From: Perna viridis | Lineage: Eukaryota | Assembly (NCBI GenBank): GCA_037379345.1 | Contig: CM074522.1 | Location: 17,484,001-17,548,000 of the forward strand | Length of the DNA: 64,000 nucleotides | Direction: 5' to 3' | Shown here: piece after piece, positions 12,401 through 25,012 of the stretch | How the letters are laid out: every line of letters starts with the position of its first letter | Numbering within the stretch: position 1 is the stretch's first letter | The notes under the pieces: generated by a model | Databases searched by the model: none | What the model saw: only the letters and a program-made list of their open reading frames with translations | Told to the model about the DNA's origin: nothing | Translations under genes and position numbers: made by a program

Positions 12401-15301
12401 GTTTTTTTGGGTCGGGTAAACCATTGCTTTTGTATTTCATGTTCTTTTATGTGTGCATCTATTATCCACGTTTATTCACTGTCCTTGGAATATATTTTTT
12501 GAATTACTACTCGAATCTTGGTTGGCTTCAATACTATTAAACACAGAGCTGAAACATGTAAACAGGCATTATAGCATCTCCTGTTTACATGTTTCCAACG
12601 TTGTACCTTATTTATTGACACAGCTAACCAATTATTATGCAAGTATGACTTTACATACCGTATTGATGTCCCTTGTTATTGCTCTCTTTTTCATGGCAGT
12701 TGGTCAGGTTACTCACTATTTTCAGCGCAATTTATTGTTTTAGTGTTTTTCACTCAAGATTTATTGACATCTGCTGCGTTTTACAACATCAGAATAACAA
12801 TGGTAAAAAGAAGAAATACATATGACTGACATATTAAGTACATCGTACACGCCATACAATTGTTTCATGTGGGTCGTACGCATATCAAAAATTTGCTTTG
12901 GGATTTGGAAAGTCACATGTTTAAAGATGTGTTTTCGTTTTTAGTTAGCAAGCTGGCATATAACAAAAGTAGGATGCGGTTACGCTGAATGTGTTGGAAG
13001 AAAGGACAAGACGTCCATGGTCTGTAATTATGCTTATGGGTAAGTAAGAGTAATCAAGGGAACCAAGGTTATAGCGGTAATCCAAAGAATGTAATCCAGG
13101 GTCAAAGACCAAATATGGAAAACAGACATATACAACAAAGAACATAAAGTAACTAAAATCATAAATACAAAGTAACAAAAGCAAATGAGCAACTTGGACT
13201 CCACTGAAAACTGGGAGCATGGACCAGGTGCACCGGTAGGGTAAGCGTCCTCTGCTTTTCTAGAAACACCCGCCGAGTTGCTCATAAAAAGTCAAGTCCG
13301 GGGTAGACAAACGAGGAAAGGAAAACTGTCATATAAAATAGTATGTTGGCAAATCAAAACTCTTATTCAGACTACTTAATTAATTACAAAATAGCTAATT
13401 TGTTTTCAAGAGGAAAAAGATGAAGATAATAATAATAAAACAAATGAATATATTTCATTTTGTGAAGGTAAAGAGCACAAACACTAAAATCGTAAATGCA
13501 AAGAAAAGTCAAGCATCAAATCGGTAAGCAAGTGTTCATTGCGAAAAGAGTAAAACATTATTGTTAAACTAGTAGTAAATTCTTTTAAATGGAATGTTTT
13601 ATAGTGATACTGTTTGATAAGGAGGAAAAGGAATAATTAAACATTGTCTTACTATCACAGCCAATACCAAGAAGATATACAGAGACCATATGCGGAAGGA
13701 CACCAGTGCGCTGATTGTCCAAACCATTGTAATAATGGACTTTGTGGTACGGTATTGTGTTTGAGACATTTGCATTTCAATTATTGTTTATGTCTAAAAT
13801 CAGTCTTGCTTGGGTTTAAAAGTCTCTTCGATTTATTTCCGATCCGGTATTTATATTGTAGAAAGCTTTCTAAAATTATGATACACACGGAAACCATTGA
13901 TACCCTTTGTTGTTAACATCGAGTCACACAATGGTCAACAAAGCGCTAGTTATCACTTCTTGCAACACAATAAATAAATCCGTTACAAGAAGATACATTA
14001 TGAATGCCAACTTTATGGGTGGGAAAATATAAATAAAAATCAATACCCGTCGTGATACAACGGTATGCATTATTTCACAAACTATTCACGAATGTCAGAT
14101 TGTCACATAGGTCATGGTGAATTTTAACAGCTTTAAGTCAAAAAGCTCTTGTGTCCAATGTTTGATCAACTCTGCGTTAAAAAGGATGGTATTGAATTTT
14201 TTTTTTTTTTTTTTGCATTTTTTTTGTGCAACTAGATAACGTTTTTCAGCAAACGAAAATATTCGTTTGAACAAGAATTGGTATAATTCACACAAAACAC
14301 ACAAACATTTAACTGTTACGGCGAATTTATTATCACGGAGAACATAGAACAATGCTTTAAGACGTCATTAATTTTAATATGTTTGTCACATGAGTTCTTT
14401 AAACTCACGTAACAATTTAAAATTTTATCACAGAGTTTTTGTATTTCAGACTGTCAAAAATCTCACGTAACAGTCTAAAAGTTTATAACAGAGTTTTTAT
14501 ATTTCAGACTGTGGAGATAACATGTGTGATAATTTTTCTACTCTTGACGTAAAGACTTGCACATGTAAATGTCTTCCATATTATAGAGGACAGTCTTGCC
14601 AACAAGGTAAGCTGATTTAAATGCTACTTTTCTGCGACAAAGAGCTATGTATGGATTACATGGCAAAAAATGGGAAACTCGACAGTCATGCTTGTTTTTA
14701 ATACATTCATTAATACATTCTGATTTGGTACAAAGTTAACTGTCACATCATGGTCTTTTTGATTACTTGCATTTGGTATGTCGCCGCATTTTATTGATAT
14801 CATATATTTTGTGGAGACGTTAGAACTTTTAATTGTCGTTTATTTTTAGTCAGGACAAATAAAACAAATGGCAGCGATTTGTGAAAAGATAACATTAAAC
14901 GAACACTAATTATAACTTTTCTACTCTTGACGTGAAGACTTGCACATGTAAATGTCTTCCATATTATAGAGGACAGTCTTGTCAACAAGGTAAACAAATT
15001 TAACTTCTATCTTTTTTTGGCAATGAGCTATGTATAACAATTGGCCGCAACTTGTTCAAAAGAGTCAGTATAACAAGCACTATTTTAATTTTTTTTTCAT
15101 GAAGTCTGAGTATATTTGTCATGGAAATTTAGAACTTTCATGTTTAATATCAGTAAAAATGCAATGACAATATTTTTTTCTATTGTAGTAACATGTGGTT
15201 TTGCAGAACACTCATCATGTAGCCAGAAAACAATGACAGAGTGCAGAACTGGTGTTAACATCGCTGCTGTATGCCCTAGGGCGTGTGGAAGATGTCATTA
15301 A
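9466..15301 (+). CDS. Secreted CAP/CRISP-family protein: signal peptide, CAP/SCP domain, Cys hinge, EGF-like and ShKT-like domains (294 aa, 9 exons)
   Basis: Exons 9466-9577, 10043-10065, 11063-11176, 11821-11911, 12181-12332, 12945-13039, 13661-13746, 14508-14606 and 15189-15301. All are GT-AG with consistent phases, giving 885 nt open. Motifs: hydrophobic leader MWTILAGTIISLAAAA; IVDIHNKFRR...ATNMMKL-YWDDKLA; GQNM; WYDE; IGHFTQ-LASWHITKVGCG...VCNY; CADCPNHCNNGLC; an EGF-like exon; terminal 6-Cys ...CPRACGRC. AATAAA at 15467-15472. Confidence 0.92.
10482..10974 (+). mobile_element. GC-rich non-autonomous retroposon with a structured 5' end and (CAAA)n tail, in CRISP intron 2
   Basis: An abrupt GC-rich island of about 490 bp. 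It ends atatagctgaaatattgct...cgttaaacccc followed by (CAAA)n at 10948-10974, a SINE/LINE-type 3' end. No tRNA A/B boxes at the 5' end; several perfect hairpins. Confidence 0.7.
13047..13327 (-). mobile_element. PLE family A 3' fragment inside CRISP intron 6
   Basis: Near-identical to the other copies; begins about 7 nt after the splice donor at 13040. Confidence 0.88.
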
Positions 15302-17699
15302 AATGTGCTATGTTGAGCTAGTTAAAGCATTGAAAATGTATGAAATTTGAAATGATAAATTTGTCATGTTGCTGTTATCATAAAACTAAAAGGCACTGCA
15401 AATGCCAACCAAATATATTTTTTAAATATGTTGTATCCTCATTGCATTTAGAATGTATTAGTATATAATAAATGTTAACAAATAGACTGATTGAGATGTA
15501 CTATATTGTTTTGATGTTCAATTCCTTAGTGCGATTAAAATCGCTTGACTGTTTTCTGTATCTTTCTGTAAATGACCACAGCCTTTTAAAGCACTTTACT
15601 GACTTTAAATGTTGTAAACATTGAATAAAAAGAACCACTCAAATCGACTGGAAAACACATGGGACACTCCAATTGCAATATCGGGGGTCGAAGTGTGATT
15701 CATAATCCCGCTTAGACCAAAACCCGAGGTCATGCCTAAATGTCCTTCGAAACACCAAAAATAATCCCTGAAACAGGCACTTGGTTTGCTTCTTAAACAA
15801 TTTTCTTTAGAATTTATCACTCAGAGTAATTAATGCAACTGATATTCTTGCACGACATCCAAATATCGGTTGGAATTTAGTGTCTGCCCAGTACTACTTT
15901 TTCTCTTGACTCAGGTCGAAGTTCATTTTATATATTAGGCCATGTGATATAAAAGATTATAATAGTAATTGTTGTTTTTCTTGGCATTCCGAATTTTTAT
16001 GGACAGATATTAACACACCAAAACACACACGCTTTGTTTACCCACGATCTTAGGGATAAAATGAAAAGAAATTTAATGTCAGTGATTGTATTAGGTACTT
16101 AAGGAGTACAATTACGTCAAGAGTGACCAAAGCTCAGGCATTGTAAAGCCAGAAAAAAAAATATGCGCTATATTGAAACATTTTCAAACAAATTAAAATC
16201 GAACAAAAAATCGCATTGCGAAAAGAAAAAAAGAAAAAATAACCACAACAAAAACATTAAAACGAAACTGAAAAATTGTGGGCGCTTCAGGTACACTGTA
16301 CTCAAAGCTATCTGAAAACTACTAAATATGACATACAACACAAAACGGCTGAGGGAACGGCTCGATGTCACAGAAAATTTAAACATAGACTCGTGTCGAT
16401 TCAAAGTGGTAAACCTAGGGCATACAACATTAAAAAACATTTTAAAATTGTTTATCTATGTTGTTTCTTGGGTGTGGACATAATTTTCTGGATGTGAACA
16501 TGTTCGAAAAAAAACAACAAAATTCACTCTCAGCATTTTTTTAATGACGTAAAATTGTGGCACCAGTATGACGTCTTTACAATTAACTAATGGCGCAGAA
16601 CATCATTTTTCACTATATTAATATATTCTACAATGTTATTAATAACTTTCATGTTATTACATCAAAGTATATATTGTAACACGAGCGGGGCTCGCCGGCC
16701 GACAGTAGTGGTCCCGTTCAGTTGACACTTCTTTTATATACTCTCTCATGTGTCAGGATTATTATGATAAGCAAAATAGTCAATAACAAGGAAAACAACT
16801 TTATCCTGGTCCACAAGTTTCCATAGCACCATATGCGGGAACATATGTAGTCATTAATAACAAGTACATGTAAACAACGCATAGCATTTGGATTCTCACT
16901 GGGCGAATTACAACGTGTAACCCATATATCTTATTATAACTTAAATCATATTATCTATATAACTGATATTAATTTTTCAAGGTGCGCTGTTTTGGTACGT
17001 TCAACTACGAACACTGTTTACATGACTTTCTCTGAATATTTGGCAAGTGTATTTGTTTGGCAGCTTCTGAGAAGTACTCTGCGAGTTATCCGCCATTACA
17101 CTGAGATTCTCTGTATTTTTATACTGGTATTCTAAAGTGTCCTGACAGCCAATTATAAACAAGAGTATCATTAACAAGGATTCAAAAATTCATGATAGCC
17201 AATAAAAACTACAATAAATGACAGGAAAAATCCTCAAGTCTCAGGAATTCTGGCAAAAATTCTATCGTCCCTTATAATATAGTTAGAGAAAATAAATTTG
17301 CCTGACAAGTAAAATCAGTTAAAGTAATGGATTATAAAAAAACCTGTTATTACTATAATTATGTAAAAAAAAAAGCTTAATATATTAATAGCTTGACTTT
17401 ACGCAAAGTTTGGACTATAGCGTCAAAATGTCGACGACGCGCGTACTTATTCCAAGAAAACTAGTTCCTTTAAGGTTGGTTATAGTTAACTCAAAAATAC
17501 TTGAATAGCAATTCAAAGCAACTTTTATAGTATAAAAAATGAAAAATTCAACATGTCTTATGGTTTTCTTATCATAATGTTAAAAATTAGTACCAATGCG
17601 AAAAAATATTTATATATTTGGTCCCAAAAGGCCTTGTCCTTAAATAACTTACAGGAAGAGATCAAATATATTATTGATAATAAAAATGAAAATAATAAA

Positions 17700-19320
17700 A
17701 AAATTCTGTACCATTTGAATCTGTATATATTGCAAAATCTTAAACGATTAAACATGGCAGGACCAATCTCTCCTTCATATGAAAAGAGATTTAGAACAAA
17801 AGCACAAGTTATTTCATAAAAATGATAAAGATCTTCATGTTAGAGGCTCTTTTTTCAGTGCATTAAAAAGATACAGAAAAATCCGCAAGAAAACAATTAG
17901 GCAGTATTATGAGTCGATTGTAGACCAGTTGGATACACTTCAAGGAGATAATCCTAAAAAAAACATATTGGGATTTACTTGAAAATTTGATTCAGAATAA
18001 ATCTGAAAATACATGTGATATATCAGCTAGCTCTTGGATAGAGTATTTTGAAGATTTGAATAAAAAGAGAGTCAGAACTTCTCAAGATATATATAACAGT
18101 TTGAGGGATCTCGAGGACACTTAAATATTCGCAGAACTTGAAAAACTGATTTCTAAAAAAAGAAATTAATAATATTATAAGCTCATTAAAAATAACAAAG
18201 CAAGTAGTTACGATGCAGTATTAATGAAATGCTTAAATATGGTCAAAATTGTATTATTGATATCTTGCATATACTTTTTAACTTTATCTTAAGTAGTGGT
18301 AAATTTCCAAAAGCCTGGGCTAGAGCAATAGTAGTTCCAATATTTGAAAGTGGGATCCGCGATGATCCTGCGAACTATAGAGGCCTAACAGTAGGCAGCC
18401 ATATATGTACACTTTTCACTAGAATTTTGAACTGTAGATTAGAAAAGTATTGCACCAAGACAAATATAATTTGTAAAGAAATTGGACTCTGTAAAGGCCA
18501 TATTAAGTGAACATATTTTTGCACGAAAAACTTTAAAAAAATGTATTGGGTAGACATTCACTATTATTAGAGAGAGTAATCAAGGGAACCAAGATTATAG
18601 CGGTAATCAAAAGAATGTAATTCAGGGACAAAGACCAGACATGGAAAACAGACATACACAACAAAGAACATAAAGTAACTACAATCATGCATACAAAGAA
18701 ACAAAAGCAAATGAGCAAATCGGACTCCACTAAAAACTGGGAGCATGGACCAGGTGCACCGGTATAAAAATTTTTTAAAATGATAAAATATTTAAGCTAT
18801 CTATATTATTAGATTAATAGCATTATATATGAGGCCTTCATTGAATCACAAAAACTTCACTCTGAAAACAAGTCATGTTGGTCATAGGTTAAGAACGTAT
18901 AGGTTATCTAGGATAAGTTAGTTTATGAATCATATTCAAATTGGATAACTTTAGTCAGAGAAGATTGATTACAAAATTTCGAATAAGCTGTCACAAGCTA
19001 GAAATAGAAATTGGTAAATATAAAAATATTCCGACTGATAAGAGGATATATAAACTGTGTAATCAAAATGTAGAAGTTGAAATTCACTTTCTGTTAGAAT
19101 GCAACTCTTTGAGTCAAGCCAGAAAGAAAATAATTGATGACATCATTCTTAAGTACCCAAATCTAAACCAATTAAATAATAAACAGAAATTTACATGGCT
19201 TTTATCTGTAATCAACTCCATTTGTTCTGACAAATTTATATGAAGCAAGAAAAATATAATTTGTAAATATATTATATAGATTTGTATTTAAATAATCTGA
19301 TACCAAATAAAATAACAATG
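17700..19320 (+). mobile_element. Degenerate non-LTR retrotransposon, RTEX-like, internally deleted
   Basis: Pre-RT region and early RT motifs (EMLK..LFNFILSSGKFPKAWARAIVVPIF..G.RDDPANYRGLT), plus the C-terminal motif ITKFRISCHKLEIEIGKY..R.YKLC..EVEIHFLLEC typical of RTEX/CR1-like ORF2. Many stops; the RT core is missing. Confidence 0.8.
18572..18764 (-). mobile_element. PLE family A 3' fragment nested in the RTEX-like LINE
   Basis: agagtaatcaagggaacc...gaccaggtgcaccggta interrupts the LINE remnant. Confidence 0.85.
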
Positions 19321-22314
19321 TTATTTCATTTTTCATTATACCAGTATGAATAGTTTTAAATAATTTATGAATATTTCACAAAAAATATATATGTCATTTT
19401 AATCAAGTTATCTGCCTCCTAATTAAAAAAGTTAGTTTAAATAAAATGGGATCACTGCATTTATCATCGTCATACTTGTATTTTTTACATAATGTTTTAT
19501 GTTGCAACAATATCCTTTTATGTCTAATATCTGCGTGTTACTAAAATCATTCAAATCATGTTAACTATATGTACATTTTGATTTATGTTTAATTGTTCAG
19601 TTCATTTTTGCACGTCATAATTGACAATAAAGCAATTGTTTGTTTTCTTTGTTTGTTTCACGACAAAAAACAGAATGGCTGATAGCGAAATGAAAGTAGG
19701 AAATTTGCGATCAAGAAGTACACATTTTGCAACGGTAAGAGTATCTGACACACACATTACGTGATCGAGGTAAATTATCAAGTTATTGAAATGAAATGAT
19801 TTCCTTTTGACGAACTATGAAATGTTATATTAGTTTTAAAATGCCAAATATCGTACATGTGAGTACTCATCCCTAACAAATCAATAGATAATTTTGAACC
19901 TAATATTCGATTTCATTTTGCATATATTTGTCTATAATAAAGTTTATAAAATTAGTCGTTGTTGTTTCTTCTGTTGTCATTTCACCGGTTTATTGCAATA
20001 TGTCAGGCAATATTCATACCTTAATACCTTGTCGTATATCCATACATAAATACTGGACAACTCACATACAACACTTCAATTGTTAAAATAGTATGCCTAA
20101 AGCTATGGATTAAATACTTATCTAAACGGATTCTTCCTAATATTTCGATATTATTTCTGTTAAATAAAGTATCCATTATATTGTTAATTTAAGGATTGTT
20201 TTAATCGTTGGTTAGATTATAGTGTATAAAGAACTTTGAGTCGGTTTCAGCTGAATAAGCCGCGAAGCATTTATTTAATGCGTATCAATACTGCCAACTG
20301 TCAATCGATTGCATCGTTTGTAATTTACATGCATATTTTTAGTGTATTAAGATACCCCATTATAGTAGTTCCGTATTTAGGGGGACGAGACTGAAAGTTA
20401 GGTTATCTAAAATGGACAATATTACTATATATATACATATATATCCTGCTTTCCGTGACAGTGTTCCAAAATCGAGCTCCTACTTATAAATTGTTACAAT
20501 GTTTGTATATCCAATATGAATATATCTTACTTTTGAGGGGCTTTATTTGCAGGGACAAAAACATATGAATGCAAACAACTTGGTTAGTGTAAGTTTCTTA
20601 CATGTATTTACTTCAAAATTCAATCATTTGGTGCTCTTGATTTTCCCTTACAAATTTTATTCGAACATAATACAGTTCGTGAAGTTTCTTCACATTAAAC
20701 TTGCCATGTGTTCATTAATTTCGTTTGTTTTGCCTTCTTTCGTTTAATTTTCCTTTCGGATTCAATTTGACTATATTGACGATTTAACAATGCGTACATC
20801 CAAGACAAAACTAAAAAACTTAAATTGTGCAAACCATTCATCGCTGACTAGAATAAAAAAGGAGGGAATAACTTTTTCCTGTTTTCAAATTTAATGGTCG
20901 CTAAAATGTTGGTCAAGTCTAAAACAAATTCCATGATATGACATCTTATATACAGATCCCGCCAAAATATATCAAGTGGTTGTGATACACATGAAGGGTA
21001 TTAACACTGTTATAGGGAAACTTGTAACGAAATTGTGTTGACGGACGAAACATATTTAGACGTATTTGTATATTGCAACATCATTATGATCAACCAGTAC
21101 ACGATGTCGGCCGTAAAAGTTTTAAAGTGATGACTTCAGTTTTGTGACAATATTACTCGTTCCAAAATATACGTGTATCTTGCACGGGCTTAGAACATGA
21201 TGTATTGTACGATAAAATATAGTTATGCATGAACGAAAGACTATTAGTAAAACTGTCTTTGTGTTATAAAAACACAAATACAATGCCATTCAAATTATTC
21301 ACAGCAAACAATTTATATATATTTGCAATAGAAATTATTTCTCCGTCAAAAAGAGACGTCTCTGTCGTACTAACCCGATACACTGGCGATTTTCTTACAT
21401 AATTTCACGAGACTGCAAGCCTACAGAAATCCTACATACCGACAAAAATGTAGTGGGTAAATTTGTTTATGAAGGATTTGCAAGACAATGTCAAGCGTCA
21501 ACAAATGGAATTTTTATGATATAGAGATGAAGAGTTAAAGGCTTTCGCTTATGAGTATAACGTTTTTGTTTGAATTTTGTGTCCACTTTTGTGGTACTAC
21601 CGAGGGTAATTTGATACGTATTCAGGTTTCTTTTTACAAGTCAGCATGTTTTATTACTCTAAATAAATAATGATAAAGAATCTTTCTATTCCAGGTGTCG
21701 TTTGAAGATTAAATGTCATCCATAATGTTTCACTTTTCACTTCATTTAGTTCCAAGTTTTCTCGTTATGTCTTTGTTCGTTTACTTTTTATCGCCGAGTC
21801 GTAACTGCAATGTTTAATTTTGCGTGAAATCTACAGCTCTTTTGTAGCCCTACGTACTGTATATAACAGCCTTTGAAACTTATTACTCTAACGAAGTAAT
21901 GTTGGTAAAAAATAAGGGAACATATAATTTTACCTGAACTTTTTTATATTTAGTTCTTCTTTTTATGATGTGTATCTTTTCAATGTGGCAACCCTTTTCT
22001 TTTTTGTGTTAAGATTGTTCAGACAGTTGTATTCCGCTTTAGCTACTTCGCATAAACTATTCCTTTGGTTTTGTTTGAGCTTATATCTGGTTAGTTTAGA
22101 ATACACTATGTTCTCTTACGGTGTCTTTGGTCATTTAAGCTAGGAAACGAAATACTGATATAAATTTGTTTGCGTTATAATTAGAAACTAAGAATAAGTA
22201 CGACCAATAGCTAGTGTTGAGTTTGTTAACCCTGATGTTACCAGGAAGAAATGTACTGAGATAACCCTCTTAAGATGGTGACAGGAAAGTTTGAAACTCA
22301 ACAGGAAAATAAAG

Positions 22315-24170
22315 ATGGCAGTTTAACAGATCTATTGCTCCATTTGTTTAGAAACTTTCAAGGATCAGAGATATTTACTATGTCTTCATACATTTTGCTG
22401 CGCGTGTTTGAACACTTATATATTATCAACGAAGACGACAAACAAAACATTCCTTTAATTGTCCAGTATGCCGACAAATCACTGATTCTGGATCATGCTC
22501 TGAAAACCAGGATGTAAACACAGATCAGTTTTCTGTAAATCATTTCGTGATTTCGTTGTTAGACTCTGTTGTTTTCAAGAAAACTGAGAAAAAATGTGAC
22601 CCTTGTTATATTAAAGGTGCTACATCAAGTGCTATATCATGGTGTTCCATTTGTGAGAAGGCATTTTGTGAATCGTGCGATTTGTGTCATAAAATGTTCA
22701 AGATGCTATCAACTCATCGACTTGTGTCATTATCAGATACATCGACTGAAATGCGGTCAGCTAAATCTCAATTACTTTGTGAAAAGCATTCGTTTGAAAT
22801 TATTAAATTTTATTGTTTTGACCATTCTGAAGCACTATCTTCCGCCTGTGCAACTCTTTTGCACAGAGAGTGTGGTGAAGTAATTTCAATCGAAGTAGCT
22901 GCGTCCGGTATCAAACAATCAGAAAAGTCTTCCAAATACTTGTAAAAAAAAAATTTAAAATCATTCGAAAAAGGAAAAAAAATCTTCTAAACTTTCAAGA
23001 ATAAGTAGTCGATGCTAAAAACCGAGTTTCGCCAATGAAAAAAAAACAAATTGTAAAACATCTGGAAGACTTAAAACAGGAATTTAACACAAATGTGTTA
23101 AATTTCTCAAAAAAGAAAACTTCATTAAGATAGAAGATAAATCAACCTCTCTCGATTATTTGCACAAATCATGTAAACATTTTGCTGATACAATCGAAAC
23201 GTGCTCGTTGCATGGCTCTGATCAACAATACGTAATAGAAATAGAATAAGTTATGTCGAAGAAAAGCGATCTACTGAAAAATGTCCAGAAAACATTTGGA
23301 ATCATGAGAAGTATTTCATTAAAATTTACAGAAAACGCAGATTTCGCAAAAATTACTAATACTGTCAAGTCGGCCGGGGAAATAAGCATTAATCTTAAAT
23401 CTCTTATCCTTCGATTCATTATGATTTTTAGAACGGGAATATAAAACTGGAAAAGTTATTAAACTTAAGTTATCAAATACAATGAGTTGTGGCACCTTTA
23501 TATCAGACGGTGTCCTGTTTGCGCAGTATAGCGGCAGGAAAGTCATAAACTACGATATGAATGGATCGATTGTTAGCCAAATTGATTTGCCAGGAAATCT
23601 ATATGACATTTCCGATGTTGACGATTCGCAAATTGCAATATCATCTGGTGGTTGTCGAATCTTTGTAGTTGATATCAAGACGATGGTTCTTACAAAAACA
23701 GTTTCTATTGCAACTGTTTATGGATTACGTTATGTCGGTGATCAAATTATTGGTTTAGATGGTATAAGTATCTATCATTTTAAGGTATGCGGTGGGGAAT
23801 TTATTTCAAAAAAGGAAACTCGAGGTGAAAATTTCTTCATCTCTGCAAATTCCGAAAGAGACTTTAGATGGCTGCGGGACTATTGTACGATCTGTGAGCG
23901 GGAGAGAAATTATGCGATACAGCAACCCAAAGCTGTAAGTAGCACAAGGGGTATTGACATCGACAAGGACGACAACATTTATGTTTCTGGTCATAAATCG
24001 GGACGTCTGATTCAACGAAGCAGAGAAGGAAAACTTATTCGAACTATACTCGCAGAAACAATAGGACTCAAGCAACCATGGGTTGTCAGATTCAAGAGAA
24101 ACACTAACAAGTTTTTTTTTTTGTTACATGTAACGAAACTGGTGGAGTTGCATTTTGCTCCATAGAATGA
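22315..24170 (+). pseudogene. RING-B-box-coiled-coil-NHL TRIM-like pseudogene (intronless, multiply disrupted)
   Basis: ATG at 22315 reads MAV*QIYCSICLETFKDQRYLLCLHTFCCACL, then frameshifts to FNCPVCR (RING). B-boxes lie in ORF 22547-22945 (CDPC..WCSICEKAFCESC..H..H; CEKH..YCFDH). The coiled coil has stops and frameshifts. Propeller repeats lie in ORF 23482-24165 (RGIDIDKDDNIYVSG), with a terminal frameshift in a poly-T run. Confidence 0.85.
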
Positions 24171-24945
24171 ATGAATATCCCAGATTAAAAGCTCCTTTGT
24201 CTATAAGTTTTCAAAAAAAATATAAAAAGCAATTCTTTATGTTTGTCATTTTGATATTTTTATTTTTCATCAGATGCTAAAAAAATTAAGGTTTTGCTTA
24301 TATTTAATAATAAAAAAATGAAGTTTCTATAAACGAAATTAAAAAAGATATATATATATTGGCATTAACAATATTAACATTTATTCATTTGGTTATTTAA
24401 TGTTCTTTGTTGTGTGTGTCTGTTTTTACTGGATTGAATCTTTTTTCCCTTGATTACTCTTTCAAAAAGGTACAAAATACTTTAAAGGTTGCCCGGTTTA
24501 CATGCATTTGCCTTTCACCTGAAATTTTACTGATATTGTGGGGAGCGATTGTTCAATGGTTTTTCTGGAATTTATAGTACTCACTTAAACTTTCTATATT
24601 ATCAAATAGGTATTCAATCACTTCTTATTCTTTTAAATATGGACATTCATATTTCATACTTCGCTTGTGTTTAAGAAAGCATGTTACTGCCGGTGCGCAG
24701 TTACATACATATGTGAGCTTTTGTACTTTTATGACCTGACACGACCTTGTTTCGGGAATGTCGTAGGTAATCATGAATATAACGTACTTGTGACTAGTTT
24801 TTCTTGCAATTTTTTAATTAAACTGTTGGTGTTTTTTATTGAAATAAACTTATAGAAGAGTTTGCCGATAGTAATTTTGATTTAATGAAATATTATTCTT
24901 GAAATGCGCTTATAAGATACTTCTGCATCTCTTTTTCTTTGTCAA

Positions 24946-25012
24946 TATATATATACGTCTTAGAATGTGACGACTCTATTCGCTACACTGCTTCATCGGA
25001 TCAAAATGATAC
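24946..25012 (-). mobile_element. SINE family S 3' end with a short TA run
   Basis: tatatatatacgtcttagaatgtgacgactctattcgctacactgc matches 46150-46215. Confidence 0.7.

Noticed and set aside
19675-19734. Possible first coding exon MADSEMKVGNLRSRSTHFAT followed by GTAAGA
   Set aside because: No convincing downstream exon or homology; cannot be supported from sequence alone.
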